From assembly GCA_041662125.1 (NCBI GenBank), contig JBAZTA010000005.1:52978-116977 (forward strand): 64,000 bases of DNA, written 5' to 3'. The stretch is from Candidatus Omnitrophota bacterium (GTDB lineage: Bacteria > Omnitrophota > Gorgyraeia > Gygaellales > Profunditerraquicolaceae). Position numbers and translations under genes: made by a program. The notes beneath the pieces were generated by a model. It saw nothing but the letters and a program-made list of their open reading frames with translations, did not search any database and was not told where the DNA came from. Below are positions 1-9,467 of this stretch, piece after piece. The first letter of the stretch is position 1; the number at the start of each line of letters is the position of its first letter.

Positions 1-1
1 G

Positions 2-475
2 GTCAGAATTAAGACCTCTTTTCCTGGAGATCTTATCGAGAAACAAATACCTGTTGATTTACCGCACATCCCGGGTGATTTTGTTTTACTTCAAGATGTC
101 TTTTATAATCTTATCGATAATGCGCATGATGCTGTTACTTATAAAGAAAAACTTATAAAAGATGGCAAGCTTACAAATTTTGTTGATTATAAAGGAAAAA
201 TCATTATTCGTGTTGATCAGTTTAATGATCAAGTGCGCATACAGATCAATGATAATGGGACTGGTATGGATGAAGAAACTCAGAAGCAAGTCTTTGTCCC
301 ATATTTTACCAGTAAAGCCACTGCGTATAAAGGGGCTGGCCTTGGGCTCTATATAATTCAAAAGATAATTGCCGCTCATCACGGGGAGCTTAATCTTGTC
401 TCAAAATATGGTGAGGGCTCTACCTTTACGATTACACTTCCACTCGTGCAGCAGGACAAGGAGAATCAGCTCTAG
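2..475 (+). CDS. Sensor histidine kinase, C-terminal HATPase_c fragment (5' end lies upstream of window)
   Basis: Reading frame is open from the window start (frame of position 2) to the stop at 475. Motifs: NLIDNAHDA (N-box), INDNGTGMD (G1/D-box), GAGLGLYIIQKII (G2-box). Confidence 0.85.
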   Translation, partial: VRIKTSFPGDLIEKQIPVDLPHIPGDFVLLQDVFYNLIDNAHDAVTYKEKLIKDGKLTNFVDYKGKIIIRVDQFNDQVRIQINDNGTGMDEETQKQVFVPYFTSKATAYKGAGLGLYIIQKIIAAHHGELNLVSKYGEGSTFTITLPLVQQDKENQL

Positions 476-504
476 AGTAAGATTATTTATGATATAATAA
501 AACC

Positions 505-2208
505 ATGGTAAAAATGTTTGCGGTAATAAGAAAGATTTTAGCTTTTACTGTCAAAATCTTCCTTGGGATCTTCCTTTTCTATTTATTCCTCGCCTTAATC
601 GTAATTCCGCTTGGTGCTCCTTGGGCGGCAAAAAGCCAAGGGACTAAATTACTTAAACATCCTGTCCAGGTGCGTTCAGTGTTCTTTAATCCTTTCTTGC
701 TTCGGTTGAGTATCAAGGATTTTGCTATTCTTGATACCGATAAGCAAATAATGGTTGGGTTTGACAAGTTTTGGGCTGATGTTAGTTTTATCCGTTTGTT
801 TAGGAAAGAACTTCGCGTTGAATCATTGGGCCTTGACGGTTTGGTGGTCAATACCGCGCTTTTGGTTGATGGGCAGATCAATCTGCTTGAGTTGGTGCCG
901 GCGCCTTCTGCAGCGCAGGAGCCAGTTGCAGAGAAAAAAGTTCCTATGGGAAAACCGGACGTGGTTTCGGCGTCTGCAACAAAACCTTTGCCATTGGTGA
1001 TTGTTGATTCTATTGCCTTTAAACGGGGCAGAGTAGGTTTTATTGACCGGACTGTAGAGCCTAATTTTAAGACGTCATTAAGTAACATAGATATTCAAGT
1101 CAGTGGGATCTCTACCAGGCCTGATGCTCAAGTAAAAGTTATTTTTCAAGCCTCGCTCGATGAAAAAGGTACCATTGCTACAGAAATGTTGATCATGCCT
1201 TTTGTTCAGCCGTTGAAGGTTGAAATGGCATTTTCCCTGAATAATTATATGTTGCAGGTTTTGACTCCTTATGTTGGAAAATATACCGGCCACGCAGTTA
1301 AAGAAGGTAAGTTAGACTTGAAGATGGATTACTCAATCGCGGACAATCAGCTCAAAGCCGCACATAAGCTCCTGGTGCAGCGTTTTAATTTCGGCACAAA
1401 AGTCCCCAGTAAAGATGCGTTGAATCTGCCCTTTGGATTGGCAGTGGGGCTTTTAGAGGACCCTCAGGGGCGTATCAATATTTCTTTGCCGGTTACCGGA
1501 GATATGAGTGACCCGAAATTTGAATATTTTCATCTTATCGGACAGGTGGTGAGGAACTTTTTCTTAAAAATCGTAACCAAGCCTTTGATGTTTTTAGTTT
1601 CACTTGCGGGCACAGAGTCCGGTACCGAAGAGATCGGCACCGTGCGTTTTATACCTGGTAAAACTGAGCTGTCAGTTGATGATAAACAGCGGTTACAGGC
1701 TTTGGCCTCGGGTTTAAAAGAGCGGCCGAGATTGCTGTTGGAAATTAACGGCACCTATGATCCTCAGGCAGATTGGCAGGCTATACGCCGAGAAACGTTT
1801 CAGAACAAGCTTCTTGCGATGCGTAAGGAGTGGACCCGCTCAGACAGCCGTTTAATGCAGCAACTTTATGTTGAGTTTTTCGGGGTGCGGTCTTATTGGG
1901 ATTTGGAGAAGAAATTTAAGGCTGCGGAAGGTAAGCTTGATGAAGAGGATATTACCGCGGAAATGAAACGCCGGTTAATTGAAGATGCGCCTAAAGATCA
2001 AGCAGCTTTGGATGCTCTGGCTCAGGCTCGCGCACAATTGGCCTATGATTTTTTCATTGCCGAGGGATTTGACAAAACACGGGTGAGTATTGGAACCAGC
2101 CGTCAGGCGCAAATCAGTATGGGGTATGTGCCCATGGAGTTTACCCTTACTGTGTTTGAGGATCGTGAAGATGTGCCTCAAGATAGTGCCGGCCAAGATC
2201 ACCGTTAA
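505..2208 (+). CDS. Membrane-anchored protein of unknown function (DUF748/AsmA-like by resemblance)
   Basis: 567-aa ORF. N-terminal hydrophobic helix (IFLGIFLFYLFLALIVIPLG) followed by a soluble domain. No catalytic motif recognised. Family label is tentative. Confidence 0.5.
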   Translation: MVKMFAVIRKILAFTVKIFLGIFLFYLFLALIVIPLGAPWAAKSQGTKLLKHPVQVRSVFFNPFLLRLSIKDFAILDTDKQIMVGFDKFWADVSFIRLFRKELRVESLGLDGLVVNTALLVDGQINLLELVPAPSAAQEPVAEKKVPMGKPDVVSASATKPLPLVIVDSIAFKRGRVGFIDRTVEPNFKTSLSNIDIQVSGISTRPDAQVKVIFQASLDEKGTIATEMLIMPFVQPLKVEMAFSLNNYMLQVLTPYVGKYTGHAVKEGKLDLKMDYSIADNQLKAAHKLLVQRFNFGTKVPSKDALNLPFGLAVGLLEDPQGRINISLPVTGDMSDPKFEYFHLIGQVVRNFFLKIVTKPLMFLVSLAGTESGTEEIGTVRFIPGKTELSVDDKQRLQALASGLKERPRLLLEINGTYDPQADWQAIRRETFQNKLLAMRKEWTRSDSRLMQQLYVEFFGVRSYWDLEKKFKAAEGKLDEEDITAEMKRRLIEDAPKDQAALDALAQARAQLAYDFFIAEGFDKTRVSIGTSRQAQISMGYVPMEFTLTVFEDREDVPQDSAGQDHR

Positions 2209-2264
2209 AGTTTTCTTCATCGAGCGGTAATCCTGTTACAAAATTACGTGAAATTCTCCCGATA

Positions 2265-3851
2265 TTGTTCATGCAAAGAAATATTCCAGCCAAAATAAAG
2301 ACAACTCTTCAAACAAAGATTACCCTGGTTATATTAGGTATTTTTTTATTTCTTGTGTTCCTTGAGGTTGGGTTGCGCACCGGTGGGAGTATACTAACGT
2401 TTGTGCAGGAATACGGGAACAGGCGGAGTATCAAAGAAAAAGGCGTTTATCGTATTTTGTGTTTGGGCGAATCTACTACTGCAAAGCAATACCCGCATCA
2501 TCTTGAAAAAATCTTAAATCAGCGCAAGGTTGGAGTGCGTTTCAGCGTCATAGATAAAGGCATTCCGGGAGCGGTCACTACAGTTATATTAAACCGGGTA
2601 GAATCTTACCTTGATGAATATCATCCTGATCTGGCGGTTGCGATGATGGGGATCAATGACGCAGGAAGCCATATCCCTTTTGAAGTAGGCACGGCTTCAA
2701 AAACAATGCTTTTCTTTAAGTCCTTGAGAATTTATAAACTGTTAAAGTTACTTTGGTTGCATATTTTGGTTAAAGCTCATGAGACAGGGTTTTATAAACT
2801 AAATGGATATAATCACTCTCCTGAAAAAGAGCAAGCTTATCTTACAGAGATTGACCTAAAAGATTTTACCGCCGATTCAGTTCTAACCCATGATTCCTTG
2901 AAGAAAGCCTTAGCAATAAACCCGCAGGATGATGACGCATACTCTGGATTAGGAGAACTTTGCCGCATTCAAGGGAGATTCCCTCAAGCTGAAGCGTTGT
3001 TCAGGAAAGCTCTTGAGATAAATCACAAAAACTATAAAGCACACGTTGGATTAGGATTAATATATCAAATTAATCGCGAGTTTCCTCAGTCAGAAGAATT
3101 ATTTAAAGAAGCTATCGACATCAAACCTGAAAATTTTAATGCATACGCTGGATTAGGGGCAACTTATCGCGCACAAGAAAAGCTTTATTTGGCTGAAGAG
3201 TTGTTTAAGAAAGCCATCGCCATCATCCCTGAATGTGATAATGCATACGTTGGATTAGGATGGATTTATGCGCTTCAACGTAAACCATCCCAGGCTGAAG
3301 AGTCTTTCAAGAAAGCTTTAGAGATAAATCCTGAAAATATTCATGCGTTCGTTAAGTTGGGAGAATTGTATTACTATCAAGGGCAATTGGCACAAGCTAT
3401 AGAGATATTCCATAAAGCCGCGGAAATAAAACCTAAAAACGAACGTGTACTAGGATCAATTGCATTATTATACGAAAAAACAGGTAAACAAGTACTGGCA
3501 AAAGAATATGCGGAAAAATTAAATAAATTAAGGCCGAAATATTATAAATCGGTTACCATTAACAACTATCGCAAGCTTAAAGAGATATTAGATAAAAGGA
3601 GGATAAGATTGGTTTGCGTGCAGTATCCTATGCGTAGCATCAGCCCATTAAAGAAAATATTTGAAGAAGAAAACGATGTTGTTTTTGTAGATAATGAGGC
3701 TGTATTTAAAGAAATGGGGAGAAAGGCTGAACTGAAGGAAATATTCTCGGATTTGTTTGCCGGCGATTTTGGCCATTGCACAAAAAAAGGTAACCAGCTT
3801 TTAAGCGAAAATATAGCAAATGTGATTTTAAAAGAAATATTTAACAAATAG
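2265..3851 (+). CDS. SGNH/GDSL-type hydrolase with an inserted TPR-repeat domain and N-terminal TM helix
   Basis: SGNH block I LCLGESTT (GDS-like), block III MMGINDAG (GxND), block V C-terminal GDFGHCT (DxxH). Between blocks III and V there are ~6 TPR-like repeats (AYSGLGELCRIQGRFPQAEALFRKALEINHKN..., A-x-x-GLG pattern). Paralog of 57223-58902. Confidence 0.7.
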   Translation: MFMQRNIPAKIKTTLQTKITLVILGIFLFLVFLEVGLRTGGSILTFVQEYGNRRSIKEKGVYRILCLGESTTAKQYPHHLEKILNQRKVGVRFSVIDKGIPGAVTTVILNRVESYLDEYHPDLAVAMMGINDAGSHIPFEVGTASKTMLFFKSLRIYKLLKLLWLHILVKAHETGFYKLNGYNHSPEKEQAYLTEIDLKDFTADSVLTHDSLKKALAINPQDDDAYSGLGELCRIQGRFPQAEALFRKALEINHKNYKAHVGLGLIYQINREFPQSEELFKEAIDIKPENFNAYAGLGATYRAQEKLYLAEELFKKAIAIIPECDNAYVGLGWIYALQRKPSQAEESFKKALEINPENIHAFVKLGELYYYQGQLAQAIEIFHKAAEIKPKNERVLGSIALLYEKTGKQVLAKEYAEKLNKLRPKYYKSVTINNYRKLKEILDKRRIRLVCVQYPMRSISPLKKIFEEENDVVFVDNEAVFKEMGRKAELKEIFSDLFAGDFGHCTKKGNQLLSENIANVILKEIFNK

Positions 3852-3857
3852 TAATTA

Positions 3858-5156
3858 TTGTTTTTTAAAAACCAGCTTATAATATTTCCTATGCATAAAC
3901 TTTTATACTTGCCAATAGTCAGAAAACAGCAGTGGCGCAGTGCTGACTATTTGCAGCGGTTGCAATCCACTTTATTGCAGGGGACTATTAAAACAGCATA
4001 CGATACAATTCCATTCTATAAAAAAAGGCTTGATACGGTTAGTTTTGATATTGCCAGGATCGGAGAAAAAGATTATTATAAAAAGGTCCCGGTTTTAAGC
4101 AAACAGGAAGTTAAAGAAGCTTATAGTGAAGGTTCTATTTTTAATAGTAAATATCTAAGGAAAAGTATATCCCGTACAACTTCCGGTTCATCCGGTTTCC
4201 CGCTAACAATTTATTATGATAAGAAAAGTTATGCTTATTCTGAAGCAATTTATGCCAGGGCGCTCTTGGAGCAAGGGGTGAAACTTACTGATAGGATAGC
4301 GTATTTCTGGTATGAACCGTTTAAAGAGCGCGGCTTTTGGGAGTATCTGGGATTATTTAAGAAAAGCGAAATTCTTTATACTCAATCGATAGATAAACAA
4401 TTGGAACAATTACAGAGGCTTAATCCTGATGTAATACACTGTTTTCCGAGCGCATTGTATGTTTTGTGCCGGCATATTAACAGGTTGGGTATTAAATTGA
4501 ACATCAGGCTCGTTATTACTCACGGTGAATTGCTTTTGGATAATTTCAGGAAAGAAATCGAAAATACATTTGGGGTAAAGATATTGGATCAATACGGTTC
4601 GAACGAATTTAACCGCATGGCCTGGCAGTGTAAGGAATACGGCAGTTATCATATAGATGCGGATAACATCTTTGTCGAATTCTTGGATAGAAATGATAAG
4701 GAAGTAAGCTGTGGAGAAAAAGGAAGGTTAGTTGTCACGCATCTTAATAACCGCATGATGCCGCTTATCAGATATGAAATGGGTGATTACGCGGTTAAAA
4801 AAGAAGGCTTGTGCCCCTGCGGGAGGATGTTGCCACTTTTAGAAAAGCTTGAAGGAAGAAAAGATGATTTTATTAAGCTTGCTAACGGGCAGATTTTATC
4901 TCCCCGGGCTGTTGGTGGGCTTCTTGAGCGTGTAAAATCATTAGAGAGGTATCATTTTATTCAATATCAGATAAATGGTTTTAGGATGGATATCATTCCG
5001 AACGAGTTATATAATGAAAAAGAGAAATCTTATACGCGTGGAATATTACTGGATATATTGGGAAAAGATGCGTTACTTGAAATTCGTGTTGTAAATGAGT
5101 TATCAAAATCAAGAACCGGAAAAATGCGGGCAATTGAATCGCGTTTGATGGGTTGA
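3858..5156 (+). CDS. Adenylate-forming enzyme, CapK/PaaK (phenylacetate-CoA ligase/F390 synthetase) family-like
   Basis: AMP-binding signature TSGSSGFPLTIYYD (T-S-G-S/T-S/T-G-x-P). Size of 432 aa is typical for CapK-like proteins of capsule loci. An alternative start at 3891 is possible. Confidence 0.65.
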   Translation: MFFKNQLIIFPMHKLLYLPIVRKQQWRSADYLQRLQSTLLQGTIKTAYDTIPFYKKRLDTVSFDIARIGEKDYYKKVPVLSKQEVKEAYSEGSIFNSKYLRKSISRTTSGSSGFPLTIYYDKKSYAYSEAIYARALLEQGVKLTDRIAYFWYEPFKERGFWEYLGLFKKSEILYTQSIDKQLEQLQRLNPDVIHCFPSALYVLCRHINRLGIKLNIRLVITHGELLLDNFRKEIENTFGVKILDQYGSNEFNRMAWQCKEYGSYHIDADNIFVEFLDRNDKEVSCGEKGRLVVTHLNNRMMPLIRYEMGDYAVKKEGLCPCGRMLPLLEKLEGRKDDFIKLANGQILSPRAVGGLLERVKSLERYHFIQYQINGFRMDIIPNELYNEKEKSYTRGILLDILGKDALLEIRVVNELSKSRTGKMRAIESRLMG

Positions 5157-5171
5157 TGGTTTTCTATAAGA

Positions 5172-6980
5172 TTGCCGCTGATGAAGATTATATTATTATC
5201 CCCACCGATCTTTCCTCCTAAAGAACCATATTTAGCTGTCCCTACGTTAACCGCTTTCTTGTCAAACCACGGGTTTAAAGACGTTATACAACGCGATATT
5301 AATCTGGAAACATATGATATTTTGCTCAGTAGTAAATACCTTTTGCATTGTCATCAGGCGAACAGCGAGGAATTAAGGAAATTGAGATGTAACATTGTTC
5401 CTGGGGAAGATTCCTTAAAGAAGTATAAGCTCTTAAAAACAGCTGTTCGATTCGCGCCTTATATTATTAAAAGGATTGATCGGGCCCGGGAGTATCTCAA
5501 GGCAGGCAATAAGCATAAGCGCGGTAATGTTTTTAATCTCAAGCGGCTACTGAGTTTTGAAATCCTTTCAGCAGGATTTGCCGTTATTAATGCCAGGTAT
5601 TTTCCGGCTTATATTTCATTCTCAAGTTTTAAAAACAGCTATTCTCTTGATTCTTCCCAAGGTATCTTAAAAGCTGTCGCGGACATTAAAGAAAACTTGT
5701 TTATTGAGCTGTTTCAGAAGTATATATGCCCGGGAATTATTAAGGAAAATCCTCAGCTTCTGGGCATTTCAATCAATGATAAGGAACAGGTAGTCCCGGG
5801 CCTTACCTTAGCCATGTTGCTGCATGAAGCAGGTTTGTATGTGGTTATCGGAGGGCATATATTTACTAAATACTTGCCTGTTATCCGGGAATACTTTCAG
5901 TTGTGTGATAGTTTTGTTATAGGGGGAGGTGAAAATGCGTTGGCAGCACTGTTAATAAAAATAAAAGGCAGCCAGGATTTCTTAGGTGTGCCTAACCTGG
6001 TATGGTATGATAAGATAAATAAGAAAATGATCATTAATAAAAGAGATGACCATAATACTTGTAATGCGTCTCTCACGCCTTCTTATGAAGGTTTGCCGGC
6101 GAAGTCTTACTTTTCTTTCTTTGATAATTCAATCAGGTTTCCTCTTGTGGTGGGCAAGGGATGTTATTGGAATAAGTGCGCATTTTGCGATATTTCCAGT
6201 GATACGGATTATGCGGCAAGGGATGTCTCTTTAATAATAAGCGATATCAATAAAATTATCGATTGCGATAAAGTAAACAGGTTTTTCTTTGTTATTTGTT
6301 CTTTGGAGCCGGAATTTGTGCGTAATTTGTCTAATGCTATACTTGCTCATGGATTGAAAATTGAGTGGGAAGGGTACGCGCGGTTTGAGAAGGAGTTTAA
6401 CCCTGATTTGTGCGGTTTAATGAAGCGTTCAGGCTGCAGGCGGCTTTTTATGGGGTTTGAGAGCGGTTCGCAAAGACTATTAGATCTGATGAATAAGGGG
6501 GTAGCAGTAAGCTGTATGGAAGATGTAATTTCTAATCTGTATCAGGCTGGTATTGCGGTTAATCTTTTTACGCTCTCAGGATTCCCGGGAGAATCCGATA
6601 ACGATGTTTTGGCTACAATTGAGTTTTTAACAAGAAATCGCAAAAGACTTGATTTAAGAAATTTCTATTTTGACAATGGGCAGTTTAGGTTAAACCGTAA
6701 CTGTAAAGGCCCGGGTTTGCAGCATATCTCGAAAGATGAGTTTGGTAATACGGGGATAGATGCGTTCGATTCAGGGCTTTGGCTCAGTGATAAAATATGT
6801 GGCCTATTGTGCCGCCTGGTTGAGCGTGAGTATTATCATTTTAAGGGCAGCCGCATTTTATGGCAGACTCCCCGCAGCGCGAATATATTGAAAAACGGTA
6901 TCGTTATTGCTGGAAAGCTTTTTCTGCACAGGACAGGTTTTAAGATCGTTCGATACCTTCGCAGTGCGATAGCCAAATAA
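5172..6980 (+). CDS. B12-binding (class B) radical SAM enzyme, noncanonical CX4CX2C cluster motif
   Basis: N-terminal Rossmann-like region typical of B12-binding domains. GKGCYWNKCAFCD tri-cysteine motif (spacing 4/2). GFESGSQRLLDLM motif typical of class B rSAM. Confidence 0.7.
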   Translation: MPLMKIILLSPPIFPPKEPYLAVPTLTAFLSNHGFKDVIQRDINLETYDILLSSKYLLHCHQANSEELRKLRCNIVPGEDSLKKYKLLKTAVRFAPYIIKRIDRAREYLKAGNKHKRGNVFNLKRLLSFEILSAGFAVINARYFPAYISFSSFKNSYSLDSSQGILKAVADIKENLFIELFQKYICPGIIKENPQLLGISINDKEQVVPGLTLAMLLHEAGLYVVIGGHIFTKYLPVIREYFQLCDSFVIGGGENALAALLIKIKGSQDFLGVPNLVWYDKINKKMIINKRDDHNTCNASLTPSYEGLPAKSYFSFFDNSIRFPLVVGKGCYWNKCAFCDISSDTDYAARDVSLIISDINKIIDCDKVNRFFFVICSLEPEFVRNLSNAILAHGLKIEWEGYARFEKEFNPDLCGLMKRSGCRRLFMGFESGSQRLLDLMNKGVAVSCMEDVISNLYQAGIAVNLFTLSGFPGESDNDVLATIEFLTRNRKRLDLRNFYFDNGQFRLNRNCKGPGLQHISKDEFGNTGIDAFDSGLWLSDKICGLLCRLVEREYYHFKGSRILWQTPRSANILKNGIVIAGKLFLHRTGFKIVRYLRSAIAK

Positions 6981-7013
6981 ATATGTTTAAAGAAGCGGTG
7001 AGAAAGGTTTCAT

Positions 7014-8648
7014 ATGGCGATTCGTGATAGGTTGAAAATGTTTTGGTCCCGGATGTCGCGAGTTGAAGGATGCCCGGTTCACTTATTGTGTCAAAGCGAC
7101 AAATTCCTGATTTTTATTTTGATGCTGATCGCTTTCTCTCTGAGATGGTACCATGTTGGTTTCCATGATATCTGGTATGATGAGGCCATTTCTTATAATC
7201 ACGCCATCGATAATTTTAGCAGGTTTTATCTTGTGGATTACCAATTGCCTTTGTATTACGCGATGCTCAAACTATGGGTTTTTATCTTTGGAAGCGCAAG
7301 CGCTGCATCAAGGGGGTTGTCCGTTCTTTTAAATGTTCTTACTGTCCCGTTCCTTTTTAAGCTCACTCGGTTGTTAGCTGACAGAAAGATCGCGTTGTAT
7401 ACTGTGTTGATATTCATTTTGTCTCCGTTTCAAATCTGGTACGCGCAGGAAGCAAGAAGTTACGCTTTGATAGTATTTGAAACGGTCTGCTTTTTTTATT
7501 TTCTGCTCAAATATGAGGGCAGCCGCGAACGCCGCTATTTTTACGCGGCTTTAATTGCGGTAACACTGGTTAGTTGTACGCATTATTGTCTCATTGTGTT
7601 TGTGTTCTTTCTTATCTTTGTGCATTTTAAGAAAATAAGCAGGGGTTTGGTTACTGCCTGTTTCCTGCTTGTGGCGGCGATCTTTATTTTAATACAGCCT
7701 TTGTTATCCGCGGAGTTTAAATATTTCAGTAGTATTAAATTTTGGGCCCCGAAACCCCTTTGGATCAGCCCCCTTATTACATTCAATAATTTCTTATTTT
7801 CTTATAATAGGCAGCCGTTTTTTAATATTTTAACGCTCATATTTACCGCGGGTGTGCTTGTCCTGATCTTTTTCTCGAGAGAAAAGAACAGTAATCTTCG
7901 GTTTCTGAAAATAGTTGTTTTTGTCCCGGTTTTTGCTTGTTTTATGCTGTCAAAATTGTGCGTGTCATTTTACATCGACAGGCTTTTTATATTTACATCG
8001 CCGTTCTTTTATATTTTGACGGCCTTGAGTTTGTCAGGAATAAAAAATAAGCTACTTCAAAGGACATTGTCCACTGCTTTCGTTATGATGTTGTGTGTGG
8101 CAGCGGTTTTCTACTATACAGGCATAAATGAACAAAAACCTTCATATCCTCTGAGCTCTTTTTGGTATAGAATGCATCAAGGAGTTCCTTTTAAATACCC
8201 TGTTAAAAGCATATTAAATTTCCTGGATAAATCAGCACAGCCCAACGACAGCATGTTTCTATCAGGCCTTGATTTTAGAATGCCTTTCTACCACTATTTG
8301 AGGTATGATAAGAGTTACAAAAATTTGAGAAAACTCCAGACAGATTTTCTTGTTGTTTCTTACACCCTGGAGCATGATAATTTCGAAAGCAGAATACTAA
8401 AAATGCTGTTACAGACCAAAAGAGCCAGAATTATTGACGCACAAGCCGTTTTAGAAGTCCCTCAGAAAAGTTTTAGGTATTGGCTGCTTACGTCGAACTG
8501 GAACAGGGGTATCCCGCTGTCTCCTCAAAGTAACGGCGGCCTGGTGAGGGAATATATGCGGAAGAATTTTACATTGGTGAGGACCGTTGCCATAGATGGC
8601 ATTATTGTTGATTTGTTTGAAAATAAGAAGGGTTTTCCCGCTCAATAA
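7014..8648 (+). CDS. GT-C fold glycosyltransferase (ArnT/PMT, GT39/GT83-like), polytopic membrane protein
   Basis: More than 10 predicted TM helices. Conserved acidic DE motif in the first loop (HDIWYDEAISYNH), as in ArnT/PMT family transferases that use polyprenyl-phosphate sugars. Confidence 0.65.
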   Translation: MAIRDRLKMFWSRMSRVEGCPVHLLCQSDKFLIFILMLIAFSLRWYHVGFHDIWYDEAISYNHAIDNFSRFYLVDYQLPLYYAMLKLWVFIFGSASAASRGLSVLLNVLTVPFLFKLTRLLADRKIALYTVLIFILSPFQIWYAQEARSYALIVFETVCFFYFLLKYEGSRERRYFYAALIAVTLVSCTHYCLIVFVFFLIFVHFKKISRGLVTACFLLVAAIFILIQPLLSAEFKYFSSIKFWAPKPLWISPLITFNNFLFSYNRQPFFNILTLIFTAGVLVLIFFSREKNSNLRFLKIVVFVPVFACFMLSKLCVSFYIDRLFIFTSPFFYILTALSLSGIKNKLLQRTLSTAFVMMLCVAAVFYYTGINEQKPSYPLSSFWYRMHQGVPFKYPVKSILNFLDKSAQPNDSMFLSGLDFRMPFYHYLRYDKSYKNLRKLQTDFLVVSYTLEHDNFESRILKMLLQTKRARIIDAQAVLEVPQKSFRYWLLTSNWNRGIPLSPQSNGGLVREYMRKNFTLVRTVAIDGIIVDLFENKKGFPAQ

Positions 8649-8650
8649 AT

Positions 8651-9442
8651 ATGTTCAAACGCGCTTTATTTTATTATGATCTTGCCCGATTGCAAAATGA
8701 AGGATGGGGTACGGTTTATGAATATCTGGATAAGCACCTGTTTTTAAAAAAGAAAATATCAAAAACTAAGATAAAAAGAATTTTAATTGCCGGGTTGCCT
8801 GAGAAATACGGCTATAGCCTTGATTTCTTAATGCTTGCTCAGGAGCTGGGTGTGTTGTGTACTGTAATCGATGACCGAAAAGACAGGATAGAAAGAACCA
8901 AAGAATTCGTTACCGGGCTTGCTTTAAAGAATAAGCTGGATCTGGGTTTGATCAAATTTATTGTTTCAGGCAATAGCATTATTCCTCATGATGTTGATGA
9001 TCATCCTTTAAAATATGACCTTGTTTTAAGCTGTGAGGCTATTCAGCGTTATTCTGATCCTCAGCAATTAGAGATATTAAAAAAATTAGCTTTTGTTTCA
9101 GATTCCGTATTTATTTTTATGCCAAACGCGCTGCATAGCGGACATGCCAGAAGCGGGCTTGCTACTGTAGATATAAAACAGATATCTTCCTGGAAAAAAG
9201 AGTTGGGGGGAGAGTATTCGCTCGAATACGGATTTATTGATTTTGCCCCCTGGAGCTCAGGCATAACCGGCAAAAGGAACCTGCCAGGCGTATTAGCAGG
9301 ATGTAATTTAATCCAAAGATTAATGGCGTTTATAATTGAATTGTGGCTTGGGTTGGTAAAATATATGCCGGCACGCTTTTGTGTTAATAATAGCCATATA
9401 ATTTATGCCCATATAAGTAACAGGAGCTGTTCAAAGAATTGA
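8651..9442 (+). CDS. Hypothetical protein (possible Rossmann-fold methyltransferase-like)
   Basis: 263-aa ORF tightly packed between flanking genes. ILIAGLPEKYG ... VIDD ... YDLVLSCEAIQ pattern loosely resembles class I MTase motifs I-III. The fit is weak. Confidence 0.4.
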   Translation: MFKRALFYYDLARLQNEGWGTVYEYLDKHLFLKKKISKTKIKRILIAGLPEKYGYSLDFLMLAQELGVLCTVIDDRKDRIERTKEFVTGLALKNKLDLGLIKFIVSGNSIIPHDVDDHPLKYDLVLSCEAIQRYSDPQQLEILKKLAFVSDSVFIFMPNALHSGHARSGLATVDIKQISSWKKELGGEYSLEYGFIDFAPWSSGITGKRNLPGVLAGCNLIQRLMAFIIELWLGLVKYMPARFCVNNSHIIYAHISNRSCSKN

Positions 9443-9467
9443 ATATGGCTTTATTGCGTGAGGGGTT

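Noticed and set aside
579-1088. 169-aa minus-strand ORF inside the 505-2208 gene, and many similar antisense ORFs (e.g. 30600-31040, 31037-31513, 31449-31976, 36204-36587, 41992-42444, 52931-53176)
   Set aside because: Each lies entirely within a longer, motif-supported ORF on the opposite strand and has low-complexity or unusual composition. Treated as shadow ORFs, not genes.
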